Shown: piece after piece, positions 37,903 through 47,579 of the stretch
Layout of the letters: each line of letters begins with the position of its first letter
Position numbering within the stretch: position 1 is the first letter of the stretch
Virus record (IMG/VR): IMGVR_UViG_3300042519_001303
Location: 1 to 64,000 of that record
DNA: 64,000 bases
Origin: a virus
Strand: one strand, 5' to 3'
Made by a program: the position numbers and the translations under genes
Notes under the pieces: model-generated
Databases searched by the model: none
Told to the model about the DNA's origin: nothing
Seen by the model: only the letters and a program-made list of their open reading frames with translations

Positions 37903-39450
37903 ATGTTTACAGGTTCCCTTTACCCCTACCAAGAAGAATCAGTTGAAAAGATGCTTGACCGTGGTCAAGTGCTTCTTGGGCTTGTCATGGGAGCAGGCAA
38001 AACCGTTACAACTATCTCTTGCATAGAAACCCTTTTAGTCAATAGAGACATTGACCGATGTTTAGTTGTTGTCCCAGCATCGCTCAAGTATCAGTGGAAA
38101 CGTGAAATACAGAGGTTTACAAACTCCAGAGTAACTGTTATTGATGGCCCTGCAAAGACTAGAGAGAAACTTTGGAAAGCAGCCATTTCATCACAGTATG
38201 TGATTGTTAATACTGAATGCCTTATTAGAGACCTAGATTTCTTTAAACGCATCCCATGTCAAGCAATTGTGGTGGACGAAGCAACCATGCTTAAATCTCG
38301 TTCAAGTAAACGATCTAAGATGGTAAAAAGGATATCCAAACCAATGGTCTATAGGTACGCCTTAACCGGCCAGCCAATTGAAAACCGACCAGAAGAGCTG
38401 TTCTCCATCATGGAGTTTGTTGACCCAACGGTACTGGGCCCATTTGATGCCTTTGACAGAACCTTTATAGTTCGTGATTACTATGGTAAACCCGTGCGCT
38501 ATAGAAACTTAAACAACCTACATTCTTCAATGGAAGACTGCATGATCAGAAAAACTAGAGAAGATATTGCTGATCAGCTTCCTGAAATTATCCACCAGTT
38601 AATTCCTGTACCATTTGATACCCACGGGGCAACATTATACAGAACTATTGCAACTGACCTGCTGCACCAGCTTCAGCAAGCCATGTCCAAACACGGTGGT
38701 TCTTTCAATCTATGGAAGCATTACAATGACCCAGCCTCCAACGAAGCACAAGGGCAGATCATGTCTAGATTAACTGTCCTTAGAATGCTATGTGACAACC
38801 CAAATCTGGTATCAAGATCCGCTGCAATATATGCAGATCCAAAACGCCCTAACGAGGGAAGCGCCTACGCATTTGATATTGATTCAAGAGGCTACTTATC
38901 TAAAGCAATAGACACCCCAAAACTTAATGCAGTAGTTGAGTACATTGAAGAAGTCCTTAGTGCAGACCCAAAAAATAAAGTAGTGCTATTTTCTTTCTTT
39001 AAAGAAAACCTAAGATTAATTAAGGAAGCTACTTCTAAGTTAACAAAGAGTGTTTTATTCATGGGAGGGATGTCAGCAGAAGATCGTGACAACTCTAAAC
39101 AGCAGTTTGGTACCGACCCAGACACTCGTTTATTCCTATCCTCCGACGCAGGTGGTTATGGTGTTGACTTACCTATGGCCAACTACCTAATTTCATATGA
39201 CCTTCCATGGAGCAGTGGAAAGCTCGAACAAAGAGAAGCAAGAATTATTAGACTTTCCTCAGAATTTCCTCACGTTACTATTGCAACTTTTGTTATGCAG
39301 GGTAGTATTGAAGAACGCCAATACGAAATGCTTCAACAAAAACGGTCAATCAATGAAGCATTCGTGGATGGCAAACACCATGATGTTCGTGGTGGGTTTG
39401 ACATAACACTAGGAAGCCTCACGCAATTCCTGCGTGAATCACACGTATAG
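37903..39450 (+). CDS. SNF2-family SF2 helicase
   Basis: MGAGKT, VDEA, LTGQPIENR..EL, AGGYGVDL and QREARIIR motifs. Confidence 0.9.
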   Translation: MFTGSLYPYQEESVEKMLDRGQVLLGLVMGAGKTVTTISCIETLLVNRDIDRCLVVVPASLKYQWKREIQRFTNSRVTVIDGPAKTREKLWKAAISSQYVIVNTECLIRDLDFFKRIPCQAIVVDEATMLKSRSSKRSKMVKRISKPMVYRYALTGQPIENRPEELFSIMEFVDPTVLGPFDAFDRTFIVRDYYGKPVRYRNLNNLHSSMEDCMIRKTREDIADQLPEIIHQLIPVPFDTHGATLYRTIATDLLHQLQQAMSKHGGSFNLWKHYNDPASNEAQGQIMSRLTVLRMLCDNPNLVSRSAAIYADPKRPNEGSAYAFDIDSRGYLSKAIDTPKLNAVVEYIEEVLSADPKNKVVLFSFFKENLRLIKEATSKLTKSVLFMGGMSAEDRDNSKQQFGTDPDTRLFLSSDAGGYGVDLPMANYLISYDLPWSSGKLEQREARIIRLSSEFPHVTIATFVMQGSIEERQYEMLQQKRSINEAFVDGKHHDVRGGFDITLGSLTQFLRESHV

Positions 39451-39457
39451 GAGAAAC

Positions 39458-39886
39458 ATGAGTACCAACTCAAAAATTCATGAAATTGATCTAGGACGAA
39501 TAGTTACTGAGTACGTAAACTTAAAGGGTCTTATTGAGAAATACCAAGAGCGCCTGGATCAGATTAAAAAAGAACTAAGCAGCCAAGTAGACTTTTACGG
39601 AGATGTTGATGATAAAGGCCATAAGTGGCTTCCTGCAGGAGAGCACCAACTAAAGAGAGAACGTCGTGTCTCTATCAACTTGGATAACCGAACTGCAGAA
39701 CAGTGGGCTAGAGCTAAAAACATGTGGGAAGACGTCTCTGAAGAAGTAAGAGTACTTAGCGAAGATAAGCTTTTAGGTAAAGTATGGGATAACCCAGAGC
39801 TAAAACTTGAGCTTGATGAGCTTTATGTCAAAAAGGAATCGTGGGCATTTAAAGTGGTAGAGGGTAAGAGCTACGGAGACGAATGA
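39458..39886 (+). CDS. hypothetical protein
   Basis: AGGAG RBS before ATG 39458; N-terminal coiled coil. Confidence 0.65.
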   Translation: MSTNSKIHEIDLGRIVTEYVNLKGLIEKYQERLDQIKKELSSQVDFYGDVDDKGHKWLPAGEHQLKRERRVSINLDNRTAEQWARAKNMWEDVSEEVRVLSEDKLLGKVWDNPELKLELDELYVKKESWAFKVVEGKSYGDE

Positions 39887-40323
39887 TGCCTAGAGACCCA
39901 TTAGACTTCTTCAATGATCTACCTGACTATCCTGGTAAAACACCTCCTAAAAATAGGGAGAGTGTCAAGAAAAAAGATTCAAGACTTGAAGATAGACTAA
40001 ATGGTGCACGTGGTAAAGTCTTTCATATGTCTGGAGAAGAACGTGTGTTCTTTTCTGTTGGAGAACTTGCTAAAGCATTAGATAGAAAGCCGGTGACCAT
40101 TAGGATGTGGGAGCAACAAGGGTGGATACCTAGAGCCACCTTTAGAACTCCCACACCTCGTGGCCAACAAATTCCTGGAAAAACTTTGAAAGGTCGTAGA
40201 CTTTACAGTTTGGAGCAGGTAGAATTTCTGATTGACGCTGTTGATCAGTTTCAAATTTCCAATCCAGCAAAGGCCAACTGGGATGGATTCAGAAAATACA
40301 TAAAACAAAAATGGCCCAACTAA
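39883..40323 (+). CDS. MerR-like HTH DNA-binding protein
   Basis: FSVGELAKALDRKPVTIRMWEQQGWIP...GRRLYS. Confidence 0.75.
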   Translation: MMPRDPLDFFNDLPDYPGKTPPKNRESVKKKDSRLEDRLNGARGKVFHMSGEERVFFSVGELAKALDRKPVTIRMWEQQGWIPRATFRTPTPRGQQIPGKTLKGRRLYSLEQVEFLIDAVDQFQISNPAKANWDGFRKYIKQKWPN

Positions 40324-40343
40324 CAAACACAAAGGAAAAAATC

Positions 40344-41039
40344 ATGAGCAGATACGACGATGACGACGAAACAGAAATCATGGAAGAAGCGGCAAAGCCA
40401 ACACGTGCTAGCCGCAAAATCGATGATGATGAAGATGACAAGCCCGCTGTGGCTACCAAAGTAATCCGTAGTGGTTGGGGTGCTGTAGAGCAAGCTAAAT
40501 CAGCAGATTCCCCATACGCACAGAGATTGCGCATCTCAGAAGATACAACCATTATCAAGTTTCTTGAAGATGAGCCGTACGCTACCTACCGCCAACACTG
40601 GGTAGAACGTACTGGTCAGAAGTCCTTTACTTGCATTGCTGATCTAGACCCCAAGGGTTGTCCGCTTTGTGATGCAGGTAGCCGACCCTCAACACGCTTT
40701 GCGTTTAACGTAGTGTTGCTATCTTCAGATGCTGAACCAATGCATAAGTCCTACGAAGTTGGTCCACGAGTTATTGACCAACTTAAGAACTTCCACATTG
40801 ATCCACGACAGGGACCACTTTCCAAGCACTACTGGGCGGTTAGCCGTTCAGGTAAGGGTGCAACTTCTGCAACCAATCATCAGTTGGTTAAGGAACGAGA
40901 TCTTGAAGAGTGGAACATTGACGGTCTTACCGAAGATGACTTGAAGACTTTCCGCAAGGATGCCTACACCCCTGAAATTATCCAAATCCCAACCCGCAAG
41001 GACCTTACTCAGATTGCCTTAGAAGATTTGGCAGACTGA
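40344..41039 (+). CDS. single-stranded DNA-binding protein (gp32-like, Zn-binding)
   Basis: IKFLED.P...Y.QHW....F.C.....CPLC; directly before the DNA polymerase; strong codon bias. Confidence 0.7.
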   Translation: MSRYDDDDETEIMEEAAKPTRASRKIDDDEDDKPAVATKVIRSGWGAVEQAKSADSPYAQRLRISEDTTIIKFLEDEPYATYRQHWVERTGQKSFTCIADLDPKGCPLCDAGSRPSTRFAFNVVLLSSDAEPMHKSYEVGPRVIDQLKNFHIDPRQGPLSKHYWAVSRSGKGATSATNHQLVKERDLEEWNIDGLTEDDLKTFRKDAYTPEIIQIPTRKDLTQIALEDLAD

Positions 41040-41040
41040 G

Positions 41041-43128
41041 ATGAACCAGTTGAATGGTTGCATGGGGGGCTTAACGGCCCCCCATGTTGTATCTACAATA
41101 GAAGAGTTACAGGAGATTGTAGCTACAATTACTGAGGTAGGGGCGTTTGCATTTGACGTTGAAACCCGAGGTATTGTAGAACGACATTCTGATGTTATGG
41201 CTTGGATTGACCAGGAATGGGAAACACACGCTACAACTATTAAAACAACCTCTGAAGATGTAATTGCCCGATCAAAAGAAATCCTTGTAAACAAATGGGC
41301 AAATACTCTTGCGTTAGATCCAATGCGTAATGAAGTCTTTTGGCTTGGTCTTGCTACAGAGGGGCATTCATGGGCAATCCCAATGGGGCACCCCAACGGT
41401 GAAATCATTATCCCCGAAGAACGTGGCGATGGTTCTACAATCCCACCAAGTGGTTACCGTAAACTCCTGGCTAATGGTAAGGAGTCAATGGCTAAGGGTA
41501 GGTATTATATCCCAGCAGTGTTTTCCCCTGCCCCGGAACAGCTGTCTCGAACTGAAGTTTTTAAGGAACTTGAACCCATATTCTTTGGTGATCTTGTTAA
41601 GGTCGGACATAACGTCAAATTTGACGCAAGATCTGTTCGTAAGTACTTTGATAATGAGTTGCCAGAAGGTCCATTTATTGACACTATGATTGCTCAGCAT
41701 ATTCTTAATGAGAACCTATCAGAGTACAGTCTTGACAAGCTTATAGCTCACAACTTTGGTGGGTTTAACCCTTACCATCAGGACGGTAAGCTTGGTGCAA
41801 TAATCACTCAGGTTCCTTTTTCAAAAGCAACAAAGTATGTGCACCTAGATGCCAAATGGACATGGCATTTGTACAAAATTCTTTGGCAGAAGATTCAAAA
41901 CAAAGAAGAGTTGTTGTCATGTCTGCGCCAAGACATGGAAGTTATCCGTGTGCTTATGGAAATGGAAGATACAGGTATCCCTGTTGACCATAGATCTATG
42001 AAGAAGTTAGGTGTTGAACTAGACAAAAATCTAAACAACCTGCTTCTAAATATGATGGACTACGCTCCCCCTGGATTTAACCCAGATAGCCCCAAGCATA
42101 AACAACAACTGTTGTTTACTAAGAAGCGAGAGGGGGGTCTTGGTCTAAAGCCCACCAAGTTTACAGAAAAGGGTTCAGCCTCAGTAGACGAAGAAGCTTT
42201 ACACAACCTTGAGGCCAAACACCCAATTGTTCCAATGTTGATTGACTGGGCAGAAACAAAAAAGGTCAAGTCAACTTATGTTGATGGTTTGCTCACAAAG
42301 TTAAACAAAGGCTCTCTACATCCGTCCTTCCACTTACACAGAACTGCTACGGGTCGTTTGTCCTCAAGCAACCCTAACTTACAGAACATCCCAAGAGACA
42401 GTAGCGTTCGTAGTTTGTTTGTGGCCACTCCAGGAAACGTTTTGTTAGTAGCTGACTATGACCAGATTGAACTGCGTGTCATGTGTATGTTCTCAGGGGA
42501 TAAGAAAATGAGTGAGTTCTTTCTCAATGGCGATGATATTCACTCTGGAGCAGCTGCTCTTATATTGGGTAAACCAGTTGAGGAAGTTACTTCAGAAGAA
42601 CGCCAACTTGGAAAAGGCGTTAACTTCTTAACTGCTTATGGTGGAGGCCCTCAAAAACTAGCAAGAACAACTGGCGTTGATGAAGAGCATGCACGGTTTG
42701 TTATTGACCAGTACTACAAGCAGTTCTCAGGAATAACTAAATGGAAGAAGTCCATCATTGATGAGGGTATAAAAATGGGGTATGTAAAAACTATCTCAGG
42801 TCGTCGTCGTAGACTTCCTGATTTACGATCAGATGATTACATGTTACGTTCTAGAGCAGAGCGTCAGGCTGTAAATGCAGTAGTACAAGGATCAGCGGCT
42901 GATATCTGTAAGAAAGCAATGATTGACGTTTATGAAGTACTCAAGTACACAGACTCTAATATAATTGTTCAGGTTCATGACGAACTAGTGGCCATGGTTC
43001 CAGAAGACTCAGTTGACATAATTCAGCCATTGTTTATAAATGCCATGGGTGATGGTAACATTATTAATGGAATACCATTGAGAGTGTCCTGTCACTCAGC
43101 TTATAACTGGTCGGAGGCGAAAGGATGA
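41041..43128 (+). CDS. polA: family A DNA polymerase with 3'-5' exonuclease
   Basis: ExoI FDVET and ExoII HNVKFD; TGRLSSSNPNLQNIP; motif A ADYDQIELR; motif B RQLGKGVNFLTAYG; motif C QVHDELV. Confidence 0.95.
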   Translation: MNQLNGCMGGLTAPHVVSTIEELQEIVATITEVGAFAFDVETRGIVERHSDVMAWIDQEWETHATTIKTTSEDVIARSKEILVNKWANTLALDPMRNEVFWLGLATEGHSWAIPMGHPNGEIIIPEERGDGSTIPPSGYRKLLANGKESMAKGRYYIPAVFSPAPEQLSRTEVFKELEPIFFGDLVKVGHNVKFDARSVRKYFDNELPEGPFIDTMIAQHILNENLSEYSLDKLIAHNFGGFNPYHQDGKLGAIITQVPFSKATKYVHLDAKWTWHLYKILWQKIQNKEELLSCLRQDMEVIRVLMEMEDTGIPVDHRSMKKLGVELDKNLNNLLLNMMDYAPPGFNPDSPKHKQQLLFTKKREGGLGLKPTKFTEKGSASVDEEALHNLEAKHPIVPMLIDWAETKKVKSTYVDGLLTKLNKGSLHPSFHLHRTATGRLSSSNPNLQNIPRDSSVRSLFVATPGNVLLVADYDQIELRVMCMFSGDKKMSEFFLNGDDIHSGAAALILGKPVEEVTSEERQLGKGVNFLTAYGGGPQKLARTTGVDEEHARFVIDQYYKQFSGITKWKKSIIDEGIKMGYVKTISGRRRRLPDLRSDDYMLRSRAERQAVNAVVQGSAADICKKAMIDVYEVLKYTDSNIIVQVHDELVAMVPEDSVDIIQPLFINAMGDGNIINGIPLRVSCHSAYNWSEAKG
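41061..41086 (+). terminator. strong stem-loop at the ssb/polA junction, inside the 5' end of polA
   Basis: CATGGGGGGC-TTAACG-GCCCCCCATG, perfect 10-bp stem. Confidence 0.6.
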
Positions 43129-43583
43129 TCATGGCTTCAAACCCAGTAGAAGAACGCAACTTCTATCTGACTCTATCTATATTGGAGGGTCAAAAGTTAG
43201 CTCACGCTGCTGGTTTTTCTGTACCATCCCCTGATGTTCAACAACATGAAATTATAGATACCATGCAAAAATGGTTTGTATTGTCTAATACCGGCGTATT
43301 ACACCATTTAAAAGAGTGTGCATCATGGATGATCACTGTTCTTAGAGAAAATAATGACTTTGACGAAGCTACATTAAAAGCAACTGAAAATATTATTACA
43401 TCATTTGGTGTGGCAACCATTGCACATCTAATAGATCAAGATATAATATCCATTGATGAAACAGCAGTAGACCCATCGTTTACCGAAAAAACTATGGAAT
43501 CTTTAGTTGGATTGATGCTTGCAGCAGCATTAGATGATCTAGACTATGACGAAGACGAGGAGGAAGACGAGGACTATGAGTAG
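43125..43583 (+). CDS. hypothetical protein with acidic tail
   Basis: Coupled to the polA stop. Confidence 0.6.
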   Translation: MIMASNPVEERNFYLTLSILEGQKLAHAAGFSVPSPDVQQHEIIDTMQKWFVLSNTGVLHHLKECASWMITVLRENNDFDEATLKATENIITSFGVATIAHLIDQDIISIDETAVDPSFTEKTMESLVGLMLAAALDDLDYDEDEEEDEDYE

Positions 43584-43980
43584 TGATTGGTGGTCAAAAA
43601 AACTAAGTGGAGACAAACCATCTCCGTCAACTAACCGTAGCTTTAACCCAGTTATACCTCCTACCTCTGGTGTCATTAGATTCCCACAACCAGTAATACC
43701 TCAACAAGGTCCCGACGAACCACAACGAGTTTTACGCCCAGATTTAGATTCACAAGCACAAATTACAATGGGTGAAGCGTTAAGACTATGGAAGGGTGGA
43801 GAAGCTGCCAAGAAACAAGGGGACGTTACTTGCCCTGAATGTGGTAGCCCTAACGTATTTACACGAAGTTCTAGAGCAGCAAGTACAAGTATTCAAGGTA
43901 AGTCACCAGCACCCAGATGTTTTGAATGTGGCTGGAATGGTATGTATGACCAAGCTTCCCAGAGTTCCTGGGGCGTCTAA
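43576..43980 (+). CDS. Zn-ribbon hypothetical protein
   Basis: CPECGS...RCFECG; GAGGA RBS before ATG 43576. Confidence 0.65.
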   Translation: MSSDWWSKKLSGDKPSPSTNRSFNPVIPPTSGVIRFPQPVIPQQGPDEPQRVLRPDLDSQAQITMGEALRLWKGGEAAKKQGDVTCPECGSPNVFTRSSRAASTSIQGKSPAPRCFECGWNGMYDQASQSSWGV

Positions 43981-43994
43981 CAAAAAGGAAACAA

Positions 43995-45014
43995 ATGCGC
44001 ATTGATGCAACACGCGAGAGCCTTGATTCAATCATCTCCGCAATCAATAAAAAGTACGGCGAAAACATAATTGTCCAAGGTAATCAAGTCAAAGAAGAAG
44101 TACCTCGTATTACTACAGGCATTCTTGCATATGACCTAATGCTTGGAGGAGGCTGGCCAGCAAACCAGTGGTCTGAGATCATTGGAGATGAATCCTCAGG
44201 AAAAACTGCTCTTGCTTACAAAACTATTGCGGCTAATCAAGCAATAGATCCAGACTGGGTAGCAATGTGGATTGCCGCTGAAGAGTTTGTACCTGACTAT
44301 GCCAAAGCAATCGGTGTTGATCTTGACCGACTTTGGGTTGTTGAAACCAACGTTATGGAACAAGTCTATGATTTGATTATTCGTGCGATGGAAAACCGTG
44401 CGGTTGACTGCATTGTTCTTGACTCTTTACCCGCACTCGTCCCAGGCGACGAAGCAGAAAAAATGATGGATGAGTTTACAATGGGGTTAGGTGCACGTCT
44501 TACAGGTAAGTTCTTCCGTAAGAGTAGCAAGGCACAGAAACGCTCAATGGTCGTAGAAGATCGTGGTTGTACAGGATTGATCATTAACCAATGGCGTGAA
44601 AAGATTGGCGTAATGTATGGTGACCCACGCACCACCCCAGGTGGTAAGGCCAAGAACTTCCATTACTTTGCCAGAGTAGAAGTTAAGCGTGACGAGTGGA
44701 TTAAAGAAAAGGATGAGCCAGTAGGTCAAACCATCCGTGCTCGTACAATGAAAAATAAGACATACCGCCCACAGCAGGTTGCCGTCGTAGACTTCTACTT
44801 TTCAGAGGCAAACGGTTTTAAACTTGGGGAATTTGACACTATCAAAGATATCGTAAACATCTGTATCTCGGTAGAAATCATTACACGAGGTGGGGCGTAC
44901 TACAATTACAACGGGCAGAAGTGGCAAGGTAAGGAAGCATTACTTAATGCTGTTCGTGAAGATCTAGACATGCAAGCAGAATTACGACAGAAAGCTACGG
45001 AGTATTTCCTATGA
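43995..45014 (+). CDS. recA: RecA-like recombinase
   Basis: TTG...D..LGGG.P, GDESSGKT, VLDSL, INQWREKIGVMYGDPRTTPGG. Confidence 0.93.
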   Translation: MRIDATRESLDSIISAINKKYGENIIVQGNQVKEEVPRITTGILAYDLMLGGGWPANQWSEIIGDESSGKTALAYKTIAANQAIDPDWVAMWIAAEEFVPDYAKAIGVDLDRLWVVETNVMEQVYDLIIRAMENRAVDCIVLDSLPALVPGDEAEKMMDEFTMGLGARLTGKFFRKSSKAQKRSMVVEDRGCTGLIINQWREKIGVMYGDPRTTPGGKAKNFHYFARVEVKRDEWIKEKDEPVGQTIRARTMKNKTYRPQQVAVVDFYFSEANGFKLGEFDTIKDIVNICISVEIITRGGAYYNYNGQKWQGKEALLNAVREDLDMQAELRQKATEYFL

Positions 45015-45340
45015 TGTTTGGTAGAGAAGAAAAGCGTTCAATAATGAAAGCTTCTAAGAAGCAAGAGAACCGTTCTGCAAAAATATATAAGGGTAGCCGT
45101 AATGCAGGATCAGGTTCAGGTTGGATGCGCAAGAATGACGTGCGTACCCATGAACTTCTTATTGAAAATAAACTTACAAATAATGTTAAATCATACTCAG
45201 TTAAATCCCAAGAGCTGGTAGAGTTAACACAACGTGCAGTACTAGAAGATAGATTACCGGTTTTGCAGTTTGATCTTGGTGGTCGTCATTATGTAGTACT
45301 AAACGAAGCCGACTTCCAAATGCTTATTGGAGAACAATGA
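45011..45340 (+). CDS. Holliday junction resolvase-like PD-(D/E)XK nuclease
   Basis: QE...A...G.RN.GSG.G..K.DV....LIENK. Confidence 0.7.
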   Translation: MMFGREEKRSIMKASKKQENRSAKIYKGSRNAGSGSGWMRKNDVRTHELLIENKLTNNVKSYSVKSQELVELTQRAVLEDRLPVLQFDLGGRHYVVLNEADFQMLIGEQ

Positions 45341-45513
45341 ATAGGTATGATCAGTCAAGCTTAATAGAATATGGTTTATCTAAAGAAACAGATCAACCAG
45401 ATTGGCAAACTATTGCCAAGAACCTATATGAAGTTATTCAACAAGGTACCGAAATGCCTGTTCATATAGGATTACAATACATAGAAGACTACATTAAGGC
45501 GACTCGTGGATAA
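45337..45513 (+). CDS. small hypothetical protein (58 aa, not in the ORF track)
   Basis: ATGA overlap with the previous stop; GGAG RBS. Confidence 0.5.
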   Translation: MNRYDQSSLIEYGLSKETDQPDWQTIAKNLYEVIQQGTEMPVHIGLQYIEDYIKATRG

Positions 45514-45643
45514 TACACCAAATGTTGAAAAATTGCGTAGTGATTGTGAACACTTAGCAAGAATTATTGCATCAATGTACAACTGGAAAAATAAGAGTGT
45601 TGAAGAAATCATCGCTGCTTTTCCAAAGGAAACAAATGACTGA
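45506..45643 (+). CDS. small hypothetical protein (45 aa, GTG start)
   Basis: Fills the gap, overlapping genes at both ends. Confidence 0.4.
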   Translation: MDNTPNVEKLRSDCEHLARIIASMYNWKNKSVEEIIAAFPKETND

Positions 45644-46505
45644 TACCCCGTGGTACACAAAGAACTACAAAGACTTAGCCAAGGTTAAGGGAAGAATCCT
45701 CCCAGCAATTCAAACTCAAGTGGCTCTTAATAGCAAAGAGCGCAATAGCACTAGAGACACAGAACATCTACACCCATCAGAACTTTCCAAAAAAGACTGG
45801 TGTGCCAGAGCCGCATGGTATAAAATTAAACAACACCCTGCGGCAGATGAATCACTAGCTTTTAGCCGCCTTAACATATTTGAGGAGGGCCATGCGATAC
45901 ATGCAAAATGGCAAAAGTGGATTCAGCAAGCTGGCATTCTTGGTGGCACCTGGGAATGTGAGGCTTGTCATGAACGCTGGGAAGGCGTTTCTCCTGAGTG
46001 TTGTCCTGTTTGTTCTAGTGATGCCTTTCGCTATCGGGAGGTACCTGTACGTAACGATGCACACAGAATACTCGGTCACGCGGATGGAGAAGTTGTGGAT
46101 GCGGATGGTAGAGCCCTTATTGAGATAAAAAGCGTAGGGTTAGGAACTGTTAGGTGGGACCACCCAACTCTCTTTAAAGCCTACTCAAGTGGAGAACTTA
46201 CTCTTGATGGACTTTGGAAGAACATTAAAAAGCCGTTTGCTTCGCACGTTCGACAAGGCCATGTGTACATGTATTGCACAGGGCATGACAGTATTGTTTT
46301 TATTTACGAGTGGAAGCCCACACAAGAGGTAAAAGAGTTTACGGTAAATTACCAAGAAGAAATTATGCAACCAATACTAGATAACTGCAAGACAGTTATG
46401 CATCATTTAGAGGAAGATACTCTTCCTGATACACCAGATTGGGCTTATGACAAAAACTCTAACGGATGCAAGTTTTGCCCGTATAAAAAGGAATGCTGGA
46501 AATGA
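45636..46505 (+). CDS. Cas4-like PD-(D/E)XK exonuclease
   Basis: HPSE...WC.R, G.AIH, GHADG, EIKS, Q...Y and C-terminal CKFCPYKKEC; extra CxxC..CPxC insert. Confidence 0.85.
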   Translation: MTDTPWYTKNYKDLAKVKGRILPAIQTQVALNSKERNSTRDTEHLHPSELSKKDWCARAAWYKIKQHPAADESLAFSRLNIFEEGHAIHAKWQKWIQQAGILGGTWECEACHERWEGVSPECCPVCSSDAFRYREVPVRNDAHRILGHADGEVVDADGRALIEIKSVGLGTVRWDHPTLFKAYSSGELTLDGLWKNIKKPFASHVRQGHVYMYCTGHDSIVFIYEWKPTQEVKEFTVNYQEEIMQPILDNCKTVMHHLEEDTLPDTPDWAYDKNSNGCKFCPYKKECWK

Positions 46506-46999
46506 GAGTAATACCCAAAGTTGAAGATGAAGGCCCAGCACTTACACGCTTTAAAACTAAATTTACGTTACCAACACGACCATCAGACTCTCCACCAGAC
46601 TTACCTAATGATCTAGATGATATGGATGATAGAGATCTCATGAATGTTTACACAGAGTTTATGGCATGGGTGTCATACCTTAAAGGCCAGTTAGTCCAAG
46701 CAGAGATTGAAGAAGATAGAGAGGGTAACCAATGTCGGGTTACAGAGGCAAGAGTTTTAATAGAGCAATGGGGAGCAGATGCCAAGGGGGATCGCGTTAC
46801 TATCGCAAAAGCAAAAAGAGATGTAGATTCCCGCGTCTTGTCCCAACAAGAGAAATACCAAGTTTCTAGAGCATACAGAAAGTTATTAGAAGCACTGTTT
46901 GATTCATGTGAACGTGGAGCACAATTGCTTTCACGCGAACTTAGTCGTAGAATTGGTTTGCACAGTAAAGAACAACGTACATCAAGATTTGGAGCATGA
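46502..46999 (+). CDS. hypothetical protein (possibly a UvsY-like recombination mediator)
   Basis: Helical protein ending LSRELSRR, in the recombination cluster. Confidence 0.55.
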   Translation: MRVIPKVEDEGPALTRFKTKFTLPTRPSDSPPDLPNDLDDMDDRDLMNVYTEFMAWVSYLKGQLVQAEIEEDREGNQCRVTEARVLIEQWGADAKGDRVTIAKAKRDVDSRVLSQQEKYQVSRAYRKLLEALFDSCERGAQLLSRELSRRIGLHSKEQRTSRFGA

Positions 47000-47000
47000 T

Positions 47001-47186
47001 ATGCCAACATGGGATGAAATTGGAGCTAAAAACGCTAGAGAAGCAAATGAGCGTATGCGTCAAGATGCAAACGCAAGAGCCTCAATTGCGCCAATTAATG
47101 AAGTAAACCATACTCTAAAAGAAATTAAAGCCCTTCTTATAGAGATTAGAAATGTAATAAAGGACACCAAGAATGTCAGCGGCTAA
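47001..47186 (+). CDS. small coiled-coil hypothetical protein
   Basis: GGAG RBS before ATG 47001. Confidence 0.5.
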   Translation: MPTWDEIGAKNAREANERMRQDANARASIAPINEVNHTLKEIKALLIEIRNVIKDTKNVSG

Positions 47187-47535
47187 ACAAAAAGGTACTT
47201 CCTTTGAAACAGCTATACGTAAATACCTCAATACCAAAGGTTTTCCTAAAGCATCCCGCACAGTTCTAAAGGGCGGAGAAGACACTGGGGATATCAATGG
47301 TATCCGTAATGAGGGACAAGAACGAGAGCTCGCCATACAGTGTAAAAACCAACGTAAGTTAAGCTTAAGTGGCTGGTTAGATGCTACAGTAGAACAAGCA
47401 GCTAGGTTAGGAAAATCAATGCCTGCCTTAGTTGTTAAACGCGCTGGTAAAGGCGAAAAAGCATTGGGTGATACATATGTTGTGATGAGGTTAGATGACT
47501 TCGTTACACTGCTACAAGAGGGTGGTTACTCGTAA
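47173..47535 (+). CDS. Holliday junction resolvase (Hjc-like)
   Basis: KQKGTSFE...L...G...R.....D.GDI.G....IQCKN. Confidence 0.75.
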   Translation: MSAAKQKGTSFETAIRKYLNTKGFPKASRTVLKGGEDTGDINGIRNEGQERELAIQCKNQRKLSLSGWLDATVEQAARLGKSMPALVVKRAGKGEKALGDTYVVMRLDDFVTLLQEGGYS

Positions 47536-47579
47536 AATTAAAGGGTTGATAATAACCCTTTAACCATATGGAGTAACTT

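Noticed and set aside
41150-41620. Intein in the DNA polymerase
   Set aside because: No Cys/Ser start, His-Asn end or LAGLIDADG motifs
45636-46505. Cas4 as evidence of a CRISPR-Cas system
   Set aside because: No cas1, cas2 or array; the context is recombination genes
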